This document shows positions 1 through 12,254 of a stretch of DNA of 64,000 bases, piece after piece (the first letter of the stretch is position 1; each line of letters starts with the position of its first letter). The position numbers were made by a program, and so were the translations under genes. The notes beneath the pieces were generated by a model, which saw nothing but the letters and a program-made list of their open reading frames with translations, was not told the origin of the DNA and did not search any database. The DNA is from Chrysemys picta bellii (Eukaryota), in contig NC_088809.1 of NCBI RefSeq assembly GCF_011386835.1, forward strand, positions 1,116,001 through 1,180,000, given 5' to 3'.

Positions 1-3000
1 CACTTACATTAAAAGCCTTTGGAGGCTTTTTCTTGTCTGTGTGCGCCACAGGGATGTCTCTGTTCACAGACTTATTATCAAAAGTGACGCGCGGAGCTCC
101 CTTGACCTCCTTCCCATTGCTGCTCCACTCACTCTCACTTTTAGCCCGGCTCTGCTCTCGGTGCTTTCTCTCTGAATTCCTGCTGGCGCCAAATGCTTCT
201 GTCTCCCCAATTTTGTCATCTTCCAGAGAGTCAGTGGAGGAAGCAGAGAGCTGTTTTTTAGGACGGCTTCTCTCTTTGGCCCGCTCCTGTCGCTTCTTTC
301 CCCCATCAGCCAGTGGGGCTCCATCTGTGCTGTTGTTGCTCCCTGCTGAGCTGGTGCTACAGGTGCGGTATCGGCTCCTCCGTTTGTCAGAGCGGGAGTA
401 TCGCTTTGTAGATCCCAGCTTCCCCTGGATCAAGTCATCACTTGATTTCCTGACCCTCTCAGCCCGCTCTACCTGCCTTCCTTTTTCTCCCCTTGTGGTT
501 TTCACTCCCTCACTAGTCAGGCTTCCCTCCCTCTCCTCTCTGTTAAGTTTAGTTCTGCTGCTGTTGCTGCCTTTCCCAATGTCCCTTTCAGTCTCTTCAT
601 CTCCTTCAACTCTCAGCTGTTCCATCTTACTGGCAATTTCATCATTGGCTGGCTGGCTAGCTGCCTCCTTGGCAATGGTCTGCAGGCGTTTCCCAGGCTG
701 ATAGATCTGCTGGTCCGGCTTCTTGGTTCTCCTGATGATCCTGGGACACCAGTCATCTGAGACAGAGTGTTTATCCAAATTCTCTTGGCTCTGAAAAACA
801 GCTTTACTTTCCATCTCTCCATTTCCCTGGGAGGGACCATTCTGCTTCTGGCTGTCACCTTTGCTGAGATCTCCAGTGACCTGAGATCCCCCTCCAGTAC
901 CAGCAGGATCTTTGTCACTAGCAGTTTCATCCTTGGATTCCTCAGATCTGGTCCCTTCATACGCTGAGGCTTCCTGTTTTAATAGTGTGTGTTTGTTCCT
1001 AAGCCGGGAGAGGCCAGGCTTGTAGATTTCAAGGTCTGGACGCCGGTTATCTTTACGATGCCTGGGCTCCTTCAGTTCCTTCATGCTCTCTGTAAAGAAG
1101 AGATAAAGAGTCGGGGGTTATTCCAGTTATGGAGCAGCAAAGCAGGATAAGAGTTAGAGAGACAGAAACATTAGAGAAATGTGAAGAGTCTTTAATGGTC
1201 TCAGGGTGGCTCCAAGAGGGGCAGAAGTTTTAAAATTGAGACTATCAGACAGAGCTGAAGTTCTTTATCTGGGTATTATGTGAAATCACACAGAGCAGGG
1301 TGAGAAATGCAAGAGCAGGAGGCAGAGAGGAAACCTAGGACTCTGAGCCTGTGGCCTTATTTCAGGATACATATTGTTATTATTTGTTAAGCACCTCCAA
1401 CGTACCCCTCCCTGTACAGAACACACGTACAAAACAGCCTTAGCCTCAAGCAGCTTACGAGCTAAGAAACAGACAAGATACACTGGGAGACCCGTAGCAG
1501 AGTGCAAGCGAAGGGTTTTGTTGCTGCTGTTTTCCTGATTTCACCCTCTGCTCCCCGATCTGCCTGTTGGTGGTACACGTGCCTTCCCCTCTGCAGCTCT
1601 TGCCATTGGGAACAGCTCCCTGTACTTCCCTGCCTCATTTACATACATCTCATTTCAACTCAGCACTGAAGACTTCTTTTCTCCCGGGCCCACAACTCGT
1701 TACATTTCTCTCTGTGCAATGATATTAATACTAGAAGTACTTAAAAGAACACAACTGACATGAAAAAGACTATGTAAAATAATGTCATCACATGCAGCAG
1801 CATTATACATTATTCTTATTAAATCTGTATCTTTGGCTGGGGTTTTACATCATATTATAGAATGGTTTCTACTTCATACCAACTGAAAACCACCACTAAG
1901 ATGGCCTCAGTAGTACCCAGCAGAGGGAAATCACTCAAAGCAAGAACACACCTCCCTCTGAAGCAAACATACTGGAGATCATAGATCCTCTCTCACTAAT
2001 CTCCTCCCACAGCAGCCTAACCAATTCATTGACAGTAACAAATGAAGGCACCTCAGAGACAGTTCTGAGGTTTCTGTCATTAGAACACTGGATAAACTGC
2101 ATCCATGACGACAGAGCACTGATGGGAGAAGCTTCTGAAATGGGAGTGATGACGGTGGACTTTTTCTAGAGACACTTGTCCTCTAGATAGTTGGGCACAG
2201 TTTGTTTAGCTGCATGAAACTTGATTTTAGAATTTCAGCTTCCCCAGTTTCTCCTTGAAGGATTTCATACGCCACACAAATTAACAGAAGTAGCTTGACT
2301 GCTGTGACACCACCATAAAACCATGTGGTATTAAACTGCTTTCACTCTAACCAAACAACAGTACTGTCAAGGTAGTGGCTGCACTTCTAGATCAGTCTCA
2401 AATGAATCTCACTGACTAATAATTTGAGGATAGATAGGAGGAGATGCAGCAGTCCTGACTCTCATTGCTTTAACTTTGACAGCTGCAATGCCTGGGATAA
2501 CTTAAAGGAAACTACGGCAGATAATCATCAAGCAGCTAGTGTAGCTTTCTGTGCTGCACTAGCTGGCGCCCACTGCCAAATCGCCATCACAAGCAGCCTT
2601 GAATAAAAAACAATTAGACATCTGTGAAGCCAACATTCATAGTCTCAAAGCTCCACTCTGCTCACAATACTTCAGAGCAAAGAGAGTTAACCATTTCTGT
2701 AACACAGACACACACTTGCCTTGCTGATCACATTAGCTGGCTCAAAACCAGTCAAGAAATTCAGAGGGAAATGACTTATGGGCCACCATGCCATCCAACT
2801 AACAACAACTAATTTGTATATCGCCCTTTTCATCAGTAGATCCCCAAAGTGCTTTACAGAGGAGTGAAACTACAGACAATTTTACAGATGCTTTGGACAT
2901 TACAGGCTACACAGAAAGCATCTGTCAAGACAGAATCGTTCAAGTCCTGCTACAGCCGCTACCTGACAATAGCAAAAGGCAAGAATAGTTGCAGGGAAGC

Positions 3001-4684
3001 AAACAGAGATGGGCATTCTGAAAGCAGTGATGATGGGACGGATTGCCTTTAGTAATCCTTTGGATTTATCTAGCAGTTTTCATCTTCAAAGCACTGTACA
3101 AACCTTAATTAATTAACTCTTACAACCCACTCTCTCTTCACCTGTCTCCATGAGTCAGGTAAGACCTAACCCCATTTTGCAGATGGGGAAGCAAATGGCA
3201 GAGAGGGTGACTGGAATTCTTGGCATTCATTTACTACATGTGCAGTGCTATACTCAGAGACCTCTGGGAATGAGTACTTGGGAACACTGTGATATAGTGG
3301 GAAGCTGCTGCAATAATGCGCAGCCATGCAGCAAAATGAAATGGATGATGAACCACACTAGCAATGAAATGGAGACCAGTGACAAGCACAACATAAGAAG
3401 CCAGTAAAGAAGATGAGAACGCAGGCCAAGGGCTCTGCAGAACCTAACTGGCCACCACTGGCCAGCAGCACAACCTAAGCAAGCTCTGCACTTGGAAGCA
3501 GGCAGAAGGCACTTAAGAGGATGCAAATATACCTCTGCTGGGACATGCAGCTTTCAGAATACCATACACGGATTATTGACTTTAACTTCTCATGGACTCA
3601 GTGTTTCTCAAACAGGGAGTGCAGAGACTCTTACAGGCAAGATGTGCAGGTACTTCTGGCCCAATAGTGAGAGCACCTATCAGTTTTCACACATTTAGGG
3701 CTAGCTGCAGCCCAATACAGACTCTTTTCAGCATGTACAGAGGTTTTCTGGACTCGAGCATCAAGTAAACTCAAGACCCCTCTCTGTGCCATATATATTT
3801 CAACGCTGGGTGTTCCTTTGATGTAAACTGAACTCCAACAATGGAGAGGTGGCCGTCACATAGGATGACAAAACCAAACTGCAAAGAGAACTGGAGAAGT
3901 TAGAACACAGAGAGCTGCACACAGTAAGAGGAGATTCAGTCCAGTAGCCTCGCAGCAGAAATAAACTCAGATCCAGAACAAGGCTCTGCAACTAACCAGC
4001 TGCACCCAGCACAATAAGGAGACTTTATTTTGAGAGGATGTGATCAATGTAAAATCACACTTGTCACAAAACTGTTTATTACTGTTACACGTAACACCTC
4101 ACAGTCCTAAAAGAGAAAGTGTGTGTGTGGGGGGGGGATATTCTTCTGTGTTTTCAGTTTACTTTGCACCTATTGGGTATAGTCAGTTTCAGTGTCCCGT
4201 GTAGAGTCAGTTCGTTCCCCCCGGCTTGGCTGGGTCTGTCACAGATCCCAAGGGGGGAGACAAGCATCCAACGTGACGAGAGCGGGAAGGCCCCAGGATT
4301 GGCGGGGCCCCGGGGGTCGGAGGCAGGTGCTTTTAAGGCATTGTCAGACACTGCCCCAGCAGGACTCCCCAGGCGAGCCCCGGGGCTCGCGCGAGTCAGC
4401 AGGTCACGGCAGCCAACGGCTTTAACGCGACCTGCGGGCTCGCGTGGGAGCCCCACGCGGCCCCCTCCCCTCGCGCGAGGCAGGCGAGCTCGGGCCGCAG
4501 CTGCTCCCTCGCGGCGGGGCCCAGCCCGGGGGTCGCGGGGCTCTACCGGGGAAGGGGAGGGGCCCAACCCGCCGGGCCCTGAAGTCTCACCTCGGCCCCC
4601 GCCCCCCGGGGCCCTCCCCAACGCCGCCAGGCTGCCCCTCAGCTCCGCGGCCGAGATGCGCACCCGCTCCAGCTCCGCCGCCAT
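1..4684 (-). CDS. SMG6: SMG6 / EST1A nonsense-mediated decay endonuclease, 5' part (gene continues left of window)
   Basis: Exon 1 is 4684-4591 (MAAELERVRISAAELRGSLAAL..., donor GTGAG). Exon 2 is 1089-<1, in phase and open to the window edge: ESMKELKEPRHRKDNRRPDLEIYKPGLSRLRNK...RRTKKPDQQIYQPG...KRYSRSDKRRSRYRTCSTSSAGSNNS. It contains both EJC-binding motifs of human SMG6. Confidence 0.96.
3060..3215. mobile_element. MIR/CORE-SINE-like fragment in SMG6 intron 1
   Basis: Contains CCCCATTTTGCAGATGGGGAAGCAAATGGCAGAGAGG, resembling the MIR core in reverse orientation. Boundaries approximate. Confidence 0.5.
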
Positions 4685-5250
4685 CTTCGCTCCCGTCCCG
4701 CCCCGCCCCCTACGGCCCCACTCCCGCGGGAGGGGGCGGACGGCAGCCGGGCGGGCCCAAATCCTCCGCTCCTAACGCGCATGCGCCAAGCCGCCCGGAC
4801 ACGCCCCCTCAGCCCACGTGACGCGCGCCCTTGGGCCCGACCCTGTCCCGGGCCGCCGCGGGGATTGACTGACGGGAGCTCGGGGGTCCCAGTCCGCAGA
4901 GCGCTGGCGAGAGCGGCCAGGGCCAGGTGCGCGCCGCCGTGCGGCTGCTGAGCGCGTGCCGGGCCCCTCCCCGTGGCGCGGGCCGCGCACGCCCGGGCCG
5001 TACAGGATTGTAACGCCCAGCAAAGCTGAGCACGCGTGGAGACGGGCCTGGGGGCTCGTAGCCCTATGCACCAGCTCCGTTCTCGGCAGGGCGGTACAGG
5101 CCACCGGAGGGGGCAAGTGGGGCAATTTGCCCCAGGCCCCGCAAGGGCCCCCACGAGCCCATAGTATTCTATAGCATTGCAACTTTTTTGTCTGGAAGGG
5201 CCCCTGAATCCTCTGGGCGGCGCGAAGCTGACCGAGCTTTGACACCCCCG
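4300..5250. promoter_or_regulatory. Bidirectional CpG-island promoter shared by SMG6 and SRR
   Basis: Very CpG-rich. NRF1 palindrome GCGCATGCGC at 4777-4786, E-box CACGTGAC at 4815-4822, YY1-type CCGCCATCTT over the SMG6 start codon. Probable SRR non-coding exon 1 ends at donor CAG|GTGCGC (4926/4927). Confidence 0.8.
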
Positions 5251-6204
5251 GCGAAATGAAAACCCAGGCCAGAGAGCAGCACTACAGTGCGCACTGGTGT
5301 CTTGCTGTGCAGGGCTCACGCCTAGGAGACACCCGCTGGGTCAGGTGCAGAAGTGATTCAGGAAAGCAGATTCCCATCACCCTCTCCCCCAGCTGTTCTA
5401 CCGCCTTAAAACACCAGTGCGGAGCGCTTTGGGGAAGGATCGGTCCAAGTCAGTCACTCCAGCAACACCACCCGTGGGGAACCTCCTATTGCCAGTGCCT
5501 GGGGAAGGGCAGGGGCTACTGCAAACAGGGGCAAGTCTGTGCACTTACGCTGCACACTAGTTTGAGTTCCCCTCTGTCCCATTCCTGGAGTTTTAGTCTT
5601 TTTCTGTTTCTCACGGTTTCCTCTTTCGAAGGGCACGTGCAGCAGGGGGCACAGTAAACTAGGAGCATTGTTTCTCTCTTCCAAGTCCACCAACAGAAAT
5701 ATTTACTTACACTAGTGATAGGTAAACACTATTCAAATAGAGCTGGTGGTTACATGGAGTGTTCTCAGAAAGGGGGAGTGGGACATACCACCCAGCCCCT
5801 GGATTTAGCTGTTGAAAGGTAATCCGGTGACACCCTCCCTGCATACAAGCCATCGCAGTAGCTGGCTCATTTCACTCCCTAGAGAGAACACAAACAGCTC
5901 TGGAGTTGGCACCGGCACTAGTTCACAGCTGCAGGCTGCTGTGACAACCATCCTAACCCAACAGCAAAATTGCTTCCATGGACTTTCCTTTTAAATTTCA
6001 AATTTGTCAAGTGTTTAAAACTTAACCCCGCCCTGTGTTTTGGGCCCAAACAGTGTCCAGACACAGCTAAGGAGATATTGATTCAGAGTGGCGCATAGGG
6101 ACACCTGTGCTCTTCTGCACTCCTTCCATGACTGGTGAGGCAGGCTCCCTCCAGCAGTAGGATGCATTTCCAGCCTCTCTCTTCCCCTCTTCAGCTTACA
6201 GAAC

Positions 6205-9200
6205 ATGTCCTCTCCGTACTGCATCTCACTGGCAGATGTTGAAGCTGCAGTCAAGTCTCCATGGCCTTATTCACCTCACCCCCATCCTAACCAGTTCCAG
6301 CCTAGACGAGTTAGCCGGCCACAGACTCTTCTTCAAGTGTGAGCTCTTCCAGAAGACTGGTTCCTTTAAGGTAAAGCGGACACATTAATGGCACAGTGTG
6401 GGGAGCAGCCTGACCCACGCTGCTGCCTAGCTCTGCTGTCTCAGAGGAAAGGGTACAGGGTCTGACCGGGGGTTGGATTTGAGAAGCAATTGCTCAAATA
6501 CAAAAGTGTGCCCCATTAGCATCTGTACAAAGGGAGAATCGCTGCTTTCAGCACTTAAATGCTGCAGAACACGCGGTATGAGTCCAATAGCAGGTTGGCC
6601 CTCAGGCCCTGCCAGCTTTGAACACAATTCAACTCTAGCTCCAGAGCAATAGGGACTAGAAATTACCATTCCTCTACCCCAGGAAACAAGGTTGGTGGCC
6701 CCTGTCCACTTCCTACTGGGCAGCCACCACATACAAGCACTTCTTGGCAGCCCCAGCCCCAGGAAGAGATGGTTAAATGGGTCATTACAGACGCTGAGGA
6801 CTCCTGCAGTTAGGGGCTCAGGGGGAGGAAGGGAAGCTGGCATTGGTGCTGTACTGGTTCTAGGGATCTACAGCTGCCCTCTTGCTGGGGAAAGCATCCA
6901 TTAAAAAGGGTGCAGGGGAGCAGCTTCTCCACCTCCCCTTGTGCTCTCAGCTAGGGCACAACAGCAGCAGCAAACCCTGCCCCATCTGAGCATGGAGAGC
7001 TGAGGCTTTGCAGGTTCACTCTACCTGTGGTCTCTCCCCAGGTCCGAGGTGCACTGAATGCCGTCAGAAGTCTGGTTCGTGCAGCCCAGGGCGACAGAGA
7101 GCAGCCCAAGGCTGTTGTGACACACAGTAGTGGAAACCATGGCCAAGCTCTTGCCTTTGCAGCTAAAGTGGAAGGTAACAGGGAGCCAATTTCTTGGCCA
7201 TGCGGGGCGGGGCTGCCCCCCCCCCCCCACTTGCCCCTTCATTTCTCCAGCAGCAAACGCGCTACTGAGAGCAATAAGGGAAGGGCAGCCCTTTGCTCGG
7301 GTCTTTCGCTGGCAGCTGAGCTGGCTGGTTACCCCAGGGGAAGCCTGCCAGCGCTCAGGAGCGGATGCCAAGGGGTAGCTCTGGCTCCCAGCACACAGCT
7401 GGCTCAGCATCCAGCCTGCAGCTCAGTCCCTGCCTGACTTAACTACACATGGGGATTCCTTGGAGTAAGCACGCCCCAGGTCTTTGCCACCCAGCCGGGT
7501 GGGTTAATCCCAGACAGGACTGTGAACCAGCAGGGCCGAGGGTTTCCCTGCTTGGATGCATCCACAGGCTGGTGCAGATAGAGCCAGGAACTCCCACTGC
7601 AGCAGCGCAGGGTGCAGCTGAGCTCTAATGCAGTTTCACGTCCCTGTCCCGCACGCACCACCACGGTGAAGTTACCTGCAAACGGCCTGGTCACAGCTGA
7701 GTTGGTTTTCTCTCCTGGGGGTATCCTCTGCTCCATGTCTGTCCGACCCACTCTCAGCCGAGCAGGGGACGTGCCTCTGCGGCCGGGCCCCCATCATTGT
7801 CCAGTCCTTTCATTCCACAGGGATTCCTGCCTATGTCGTGGTGCCTCGCACAGCGCCACTCTGTAAGAAAGCTGCCATCTGCTCCTATGGAGCCAGGCTG
7901 ATATTATGTGAGCCCACTGATGAGGTAAGGGGGAGGCAGGGGGCAGCACAGCAGGGTACTTTGGCTTTGTTCACACACAGGGGCATTAACAATTTTTGTG
8001 CCTGGTCTGTCTCCCCAGTCCCGAGTGGAGGTGGCAGCTCGGACAGTTCAGGAGAAGGAAGGCGTGATGGTGCACCCCAATCAGGATCCTGCTGTGATTG
8101 CAGGCCAAGGCACTATAGCACTGGAGGTGCTGCAGCAGGTGAGACCTCCTTCCCTGGCACTTTTCCGATTAGGCAGGAGAGAACAAGCAGGGGGACACAT
8201 CTGCTCCCGCTGCAGGGGTCAGGGAAGCCAGAATTAGTCCATCAGGACTTGGAGCCAGCCTCCAGGGAGCAAGCCGTTTAGGAGCAGTCACAAGACAGCA
8301 TTTGTCTCTTGGTCTCTGTTGTGCTAGGTACCCCAGGTGAATGCACTGGTGGTTCCCGTTGGAGGAGGAGGGATGGTTGCTGGAATAGCAGTGGCTGTCA
8401 AGGTAAGAAATCTCCTATTTTGGCTGCATTTCTCCTCAGGAAGGGGGGGACTGAGGAGTTACTGGTGTCCGAAAATGAGCATTTCACCTTGTGAGGACGA
8501 AGTTCTCTGAGTCACACAGCATCTGAACTCAGCTTGGATTTGTAGTTGACCCTCTCTCTCTTCCTGTGTTTGGATCAGGAGGTACTGTAGAGTTTGTTAG
8601 CACTCTCCCCTGCAGGTCCAGGTTGCATTGAAAGCAACCAGGACAGATCACTGCAGCTGACACACTCTAGTTTAAGCCTCATGCCACGATACAGAATAAA
8701 ATGGTGCCACTTCCAGCAGGAACAGAGGCAGATGGGAGATACTGGCAGCCTGAGGAGAGCTGGGCACTCAGTCATCCTTCAGGGCCGAGTTGCAATGCCG
8801 AGTAAGGAGATTAGTTGCCGTTAGGAGAAGCTCGTCCTCTGCCTGCAGTAGATGAAGGAACCTGCTCCTGGCTCAACAGTGGTTGCTCTCTGATTCGTCA
8901 CACCAGCAAATGCCAGACACACTCTGCTGGAGGGGAAGATTGCCATGGCAGGCGAAAGGCCTGCCCCAGCCCAAACAGCTACAGAACATGGGAGTTAAGG
9001 CACAATGTGGCCTGGCCTGCCATGTTCACCAGCAAGTTCCAAACTCATCCCCTGCTCTTCCTTTGGGCAGGCTTTGAGACCGGACATAAGAGTGTATGCT
9101 GCTGAACCATGCAATGCAGATGACTGCTACAGGTCAAAGGTGACAGGGGAACTCACCCCCAACCGCCATCCCCCAGACACCATAGCAGACAGTGTTAAAA

Positions 9201-9892
9201 CCAGCATTGGACCCAACACCTGGCCTATCATTAAGGATTTGGTGGATGATGTGCTGACAGTCACAGAGGCGGAGATCCAGGTAAGCATTAACTCCAAGCA
9301 CTTTTCTTGCTGTAACGGCCCAGCGCAGGTGCCTCCATTCACACACCTTGCCCTCCCATGCTGTAGCATGAAGCAGGAGTCATGATCCCCTTCAAAGGAT
9401 GATCGCGCTCTGCCATGCTGGCTGGACCTCCTCCATTTCCTCCCATGGCATTCTTCAGCTCCACAGCAGCAACCCCGGCTGCCGGTGACTTTAGGGTCCC
9501 AGCCTTTTCCCATAATTGTTATCAACAGACGCCCACAGCTATGGCCTGTGCCTCCCCAAAGCATCGCCCACAAGCTCCATGACAAGGGCTGTGTATCGTG
9601 CCCAGTCCCTCGCTTTACGCAGTGGGGTGTACCTAAGGCTTAGAACAATATTTACCAGCACCGTAACTGCTCTTCTCTGCCCCAACAGCAAGCAACACAG
9701 CTGGTGTGGGAGAGGATGAAGCTGCTTATTGAGCCAACAGCTGGAGTGGGAGTGGCTGCTGTGCTCTCTGAGCAGTTTTGCTCAGTCTCCCAGGAAATGA
9801 AGAACGTTTGCATTGTGCTGTGTGGAGGAAACGTAGACCTAGGCACCCTGGCCTGGCTCAGCCCACCTGGCAAAGAGGCAAATGGAAACTGA
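6205..9892 (+). CDS. SRR: Serine racemase (fold-type II PLP enzyme); first coding exon carries an apparent 2-nt deletion
   Basis: Exons 6205-6370, 7042-7174, 7821-7924, 8019-8138, 8328-8402, 9071-9280, 9689-9892, all GT-AG. Motifs present: FKCELFQKTGSFK (PLP lysine), THSSGNHGQ, HPNQD, VPVGGGGM, AEPCNADD, LIEPTAGVG, GGNVD. The first coding exon is 166 nt versus 168 expected, so the ancestral ATG frame stops at 6340-6342 (see findings). Confidence 0.93.
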
Positions 9893-9974
9893 TCAGCCTT
9901 TCTCCCAGGAGTGAGAAACTGGGCTGTTTCTTAGAGCCTGGTGCTGTGTTTGCACAGTGGGGCCTCTGGGAGTT

Positions 9975-10154
9975 TGGTTTGAGCATTAGCCTGCTAAACC
10001 CAGGGTTGTGAGTTCAGTCCCTGAGAGGGCCACTTAGGGATCTGGAGCAAAATCAATATTTGGTCCTGCTAGCGAAGGCAGGGAGCTGGACTCGATGACC
10101 TTTCGGGGTCCCTTCCAGTTCTATGAGATAGGTATCTCTCTATATTTTTTATTT

Positions 10155-10185
<31 letters not shown>
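9975..10185 (+). mobile_element. 5'-truncated tortoise PolIII/SINE (tRNA-derived head, CR1-derived tail) with (AAT)n/poly(A) end
   Basis: GGTTTGAGCATTAGCCTGCTAAACCCAGGGTTGTGAGTTC head with a B-box-like GAGTTCAGTCC. Tail CTGGACTCGATGACCTTTCGGGGTCCCTTCCAGTTCTATG resembles the CR1 3' end. Lies about 80 bp after the SRR stop. Confidence 0.8.
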
Positions 10186-10186
<1 letters not shown>

Positions 10187-10479
10187 CATGAGCAAAAAGG
10201 ATTGATGTCTAAGGAAGTGGGAAAGCCTTGTCATCTCAAGGAGCAGCTGGTGCTGCTCTTAACCTGGTACAGGTGGGTGGAGCCAAAGAGCTGGTCTCTC
10301 AGCCTCCCTAGGCAGGCGGTTGGAATGAGTTTCATGCAGCTACCCCCTGTCTGGGGCCCAAGCCTATGCTGCTTGGAGAGATCACTTGCGTGTTCAGCAA
10401 CAGGAGACTGTGGTAAAGTCTGACCCTGTGCTCTCATGGGACAGGCGCTAAGTTAGACAAACAGTTTATTGGGGAAGAG

Positions 10480-11835
10480 CCAACCCCACATTTGTAAAGA
10501 GAAGTCACGCCTCACCAATCTATTACAATTCTTGGAGGGTGTACTTGGTTTTTCAGAAAGCCTTTGACAAGGTCCCTCACCAAAAGCTCTTAAGAAAACT
10601 AAGTCGACATAGAAGGCGGCGGGTAGGTCCTCTCATGGCTGCATCTGAAGTGAGGTTCTTACCCACGAAAGCGTATGCTCCCAATACTTCTGTTAGTCTT
10701 AAAGATGCCACAGGACCCTCTGTTGCTTTTTACAGATTCAGACTAACACAGCTACCCCTCTGATACTTGGTTCAAGATAGGAAACAAAGGGTAGGAATAA
10801 ATAGTTTTCATAATGCAGAGAGAACAGTGGGGTCCCCCAAGGCTCTGTGCAGGGACTTGTGCTGTTCAAGGTATCCAATAATGATCTGCAAAGTCTTCAG
10901 ATGATACAATATTATTCATTAAGAGTCACAGGGGGCGCTCTCAGGAACTGGCAGATAAAATTCAACATTGATAAGTGTGAAGTGATGCACATTGGCAAAA
11001 ATAATCCCAACTACACGCATATGACGATAGGTTCTACATTAGTGGTTACCATTGTCGGAGAAAAACAGTTCTCACTCTTTTGGTTGAGTGCAGCAAATCA
11101 AGAAGGATCTTGGTATCACAATGGATAGTTCTCTGAAAACCTCAGCTCAATGCACAACAGCAGTCAAAAAAAGATAATGAGGAAATGGATAGAAAATAAG
11201 ACCGAGAATATTGTAATGCTCACACCATGTGCCCACACCATGAATACAGTGTCCAGTTCTGGTCTTCCTACCTCAAAAAGGTTATAGTGGAAAAAGATTT
11301 GGAGAAGGAAAACAAAGATGATCAAGGATATGGACCGGCTTCCATCCGAGGAGAGACTAAAAAGATTAGGGCTGTTAGCTTAGGAAAAAGAGGACAGTCT
11401 ATAAAATCATGAATGGAGTAGAAAAAGTGTTATTGACCCTTCCACACAATATGACAACCAGTACCAATGAAATTAATAGGCATCAGGTTTAATACAAACA
11501 AGGGGAAGTACTTTTTCCACACAATGGCAAGTTAAACTGTGGAACTCATTGCCATGGGATGTTGATGGCCAAAAGTATAACTGGCCAAGTATAACTCGGT
11601 GAAGAACGAGGTAAAGGATAGGTCCATCAATGGCTATTAGCCAAGATGGTCAGAGACGCAACCCCATGCCCGAGGCAATCCTAAACTTCTGACTGTTGGG
11701 AAGGGAAGATGGGTGGATCACCCCAACTGCCCAGTTCTGTACGCTCCCCCTGAGGCTCTGGTACTGGCCACTGTTGGAGACAGGATGCTGGGCTAGATGG
11801 ACCATTAGTCTGACCCCGTATGGCAGCCTATGTTT
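10480..11835 (+). mobile_element. Degraded CR1 LINE, 3' part (RT region plus 3' UTR)
   Basis: Broken RT-like peptides (FQKAFDKVPHQKLL; WQIKFNIDKCEVMHIGKNNPNY; EYSVQFWS) with stops and shifts. Turtle CR1 3' end GACAGGATGCTGGGCTAGATGGACC...TATGTTTTTATGTTC. Confidence 0.85.
10641..10768 (+). mobile_element. Penelope-like element terminal fragment nested in CR1; degenerate hammerhead
   Basis: GCATCTGAAGTGAGG...CCCACGAAAGCGTATGC...GACTAACACAGCTACCCCTCTGATACTT. Same family as the copy at 32973-33172. Confidence 0.7.
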
Positions 11836-12254
11836 TTATGTTCTCAAGTTACACACAAATGGCAGGGGAGGGGGTGAAACACAGAATCCCTAGTGCAGCT
11901 TCAGGAGCTTCTAGCCTGGCAGGAGGGACTGAGCAAAGCCTGCATGCCCAGTGTGCACAATAACTCGATCCAGCCACGCCCCCGCTGCAAGAAAGCGGCC
12001 ACTTGGACTTTAATTGAAGTGAAGATATATTTACCATTGAAATAAACTGACATTGGAGTCCAGGGCATAGGAAGTTGTGAGCCAGATCTAATGCTGCAGC
12101 AGCCAGCGTGAGTGCTGGACACAAACCCCAGGAAAGGCACAGCACTAACAAGTCCAGGGCAGTTCTCCCTACTTCTCACGAGGCTTGGAACAGCCAAGCA
12201 CCCACATGGGGTGCAGGAGCTGCGAACCACAGCAGTCACGCTAGGCCTGAAGAG

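Noticed and set aside
33-701. 222-aa + strand ORF, and the - strand ORFs 64-324 and 613-960
   Set aside because: These are antisense or off-frame shadows of SMG6 exon 2. The true frame runs off the window without a stop, so it is absent from the ORF track.
9975-10060. tRNA gene
   Set aside because: It is the truncated tRNA-derived head of a SINE joined to a CR1-like tail, with no full cloverleaf.
10641-10680. Second hammerhead ribozyme
   Set aside because: The catalytic core is broken: CTGAAGTGAGG lacks the CUGANGA spacing, stem II is mismatched, and GAAAGCGT replaces the essential U16.1.
10925-10940. CTCF-like CAGGGGGCGCT inside the CR1 fragment
   Set aside because: The 5' half of the motif does not match the consensus, and it is a single site in a decayed repeat.
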